A DNA stretch of 60,000 bases from Lama glama (lineage: Eukaryota), in NCBI GenBank assembly GCA_028534125.1, contig CM052817.1, positions 746,001 to 806,000 on the forward strand, written 5' to 3'. Under the pieces are notes generated by a model. It saw only the letters and a list, made by a program, of their open reading frames with translations. It had not been told where the DNA came from and searched no databases. Positions 59,171-60,000 of this stretch are shown piece by piece; the first letter of the stretch is position 1; each line of letters starts with the position of its first letter. Both the position numbers and the translations under genes were made by a program.

Positions 59171-60000
59171 GCTTGCTTTCAAGTGGCCAACGAACACACA
59201 CGGACAGCCAGCCACCTGGGTGGTGACAGCACTAAATATCTCCTTTAGCGCAGCTGCCTACATATCCAGCCACCTCTCCTAAGACACCCCCAGGATCTCC
59301 CACCAGGACCCCCCCCAATCTTCATGGTCTGCCCCCTCTGACGCCCACATGGTCACCTTGCCTCTCCTGATCCCCAGCCTGCACATCTCCCTGGACCTTG
59401 CATCACAAGTGGCACATTCAGAATGTTCCCTGAGCTAGGATAAGGGTCACTCAATCCAAACTAAGGACATCACCTACTGAGACCTTCCTGGGTTTCTTTT
59501 TAGTCCTGCCTGTGTATAAATATCCACAAAACTGGGATCATCTTGTTAAATATCCTGATTTTATTTATCTTGACAACTTTCCACATTAGTCATCAAAAAC
59601 AATCTGTAGTGGCTGTATTCCTTATGAACATAACTTGGTCGTCCCTCCAACCTGGAAGTCTGTGTTACTTCTAACATCTCACACAGTCACACGGAGTACG
59701 AGGTGTGCAGACGGCCCGCAAGACTGGAAGGAGGCAGACCAGGCCTCCCCGGGCGACACAGACAGAAGGCAGGCAAGAGGGCAGCCCTGAGACTTTATTT
59801 TAGGTGCCTCTGAGCTGTGCAAATACAGTACAGGCTCGTCTTAGAGAAAGCACGACTTTTTCAAACACATATTTATGTTTTCTAACTTTAATCTATTTTC
59901 CCACTTAATATGCTGGATATTTCCATATGTAAATACTGGGGCAGTTTCCTTTATAACAAAAAAGGGGCCCTTTTACTGTGAACTGCTGATGTGCACTTGG

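Noticed and set aside
57963..60000. Searched for the penultimate SLBP exon
   Set aside because: No matching reading frame was found. It probably lies beyond the window end.

Overview
Mammalian, GC-rich genomic DNA, most likely from a camelid. Three copies of a tRNA-Ala-derived SINE resembling camelid vic-1 and laurasiatherian-type L1 3' ends support this. The window holds the complete FAM53A gene on the minus strand: CpG-island promoter and probable non-coding exon 1 near 47,000; coding exons 36846-36923, 33120-33174, 31071-31771 and 26433-26711, which splice in frame to about 370 aa; AATAAA at 25986-25991. About 10 kb upstream, on the same strand, lie the last coding exon (57846-57962) and 3' UTR of SLBP, matching the human 4p16.3 order FAM53A-SLBP as I recall it. 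Bases 1-25,900 contain no credible gene. They hold old L1, L2, MIR, MaLR and MER relics, a 100-N assembly gap, and four short AT-rich islands carrying PBX-HOX, Cdx, SOX or TCF motifs that look like developmental enhancers. Nearly all ORFs in the supplied track are chance products of high GC content. I found no convincing new multi-gene system. The best leads are the enhancer-like islands, a scrambled TSD-flanked L1 insertion spanning the gap, three uORFs and a NAGNAG acceptor in FAM53A, and a PBE-CPE-AAUAAA module in the SLBP 3' UTR. Repeat subfamily names and cross-species comparisons come from memory, not from searches.
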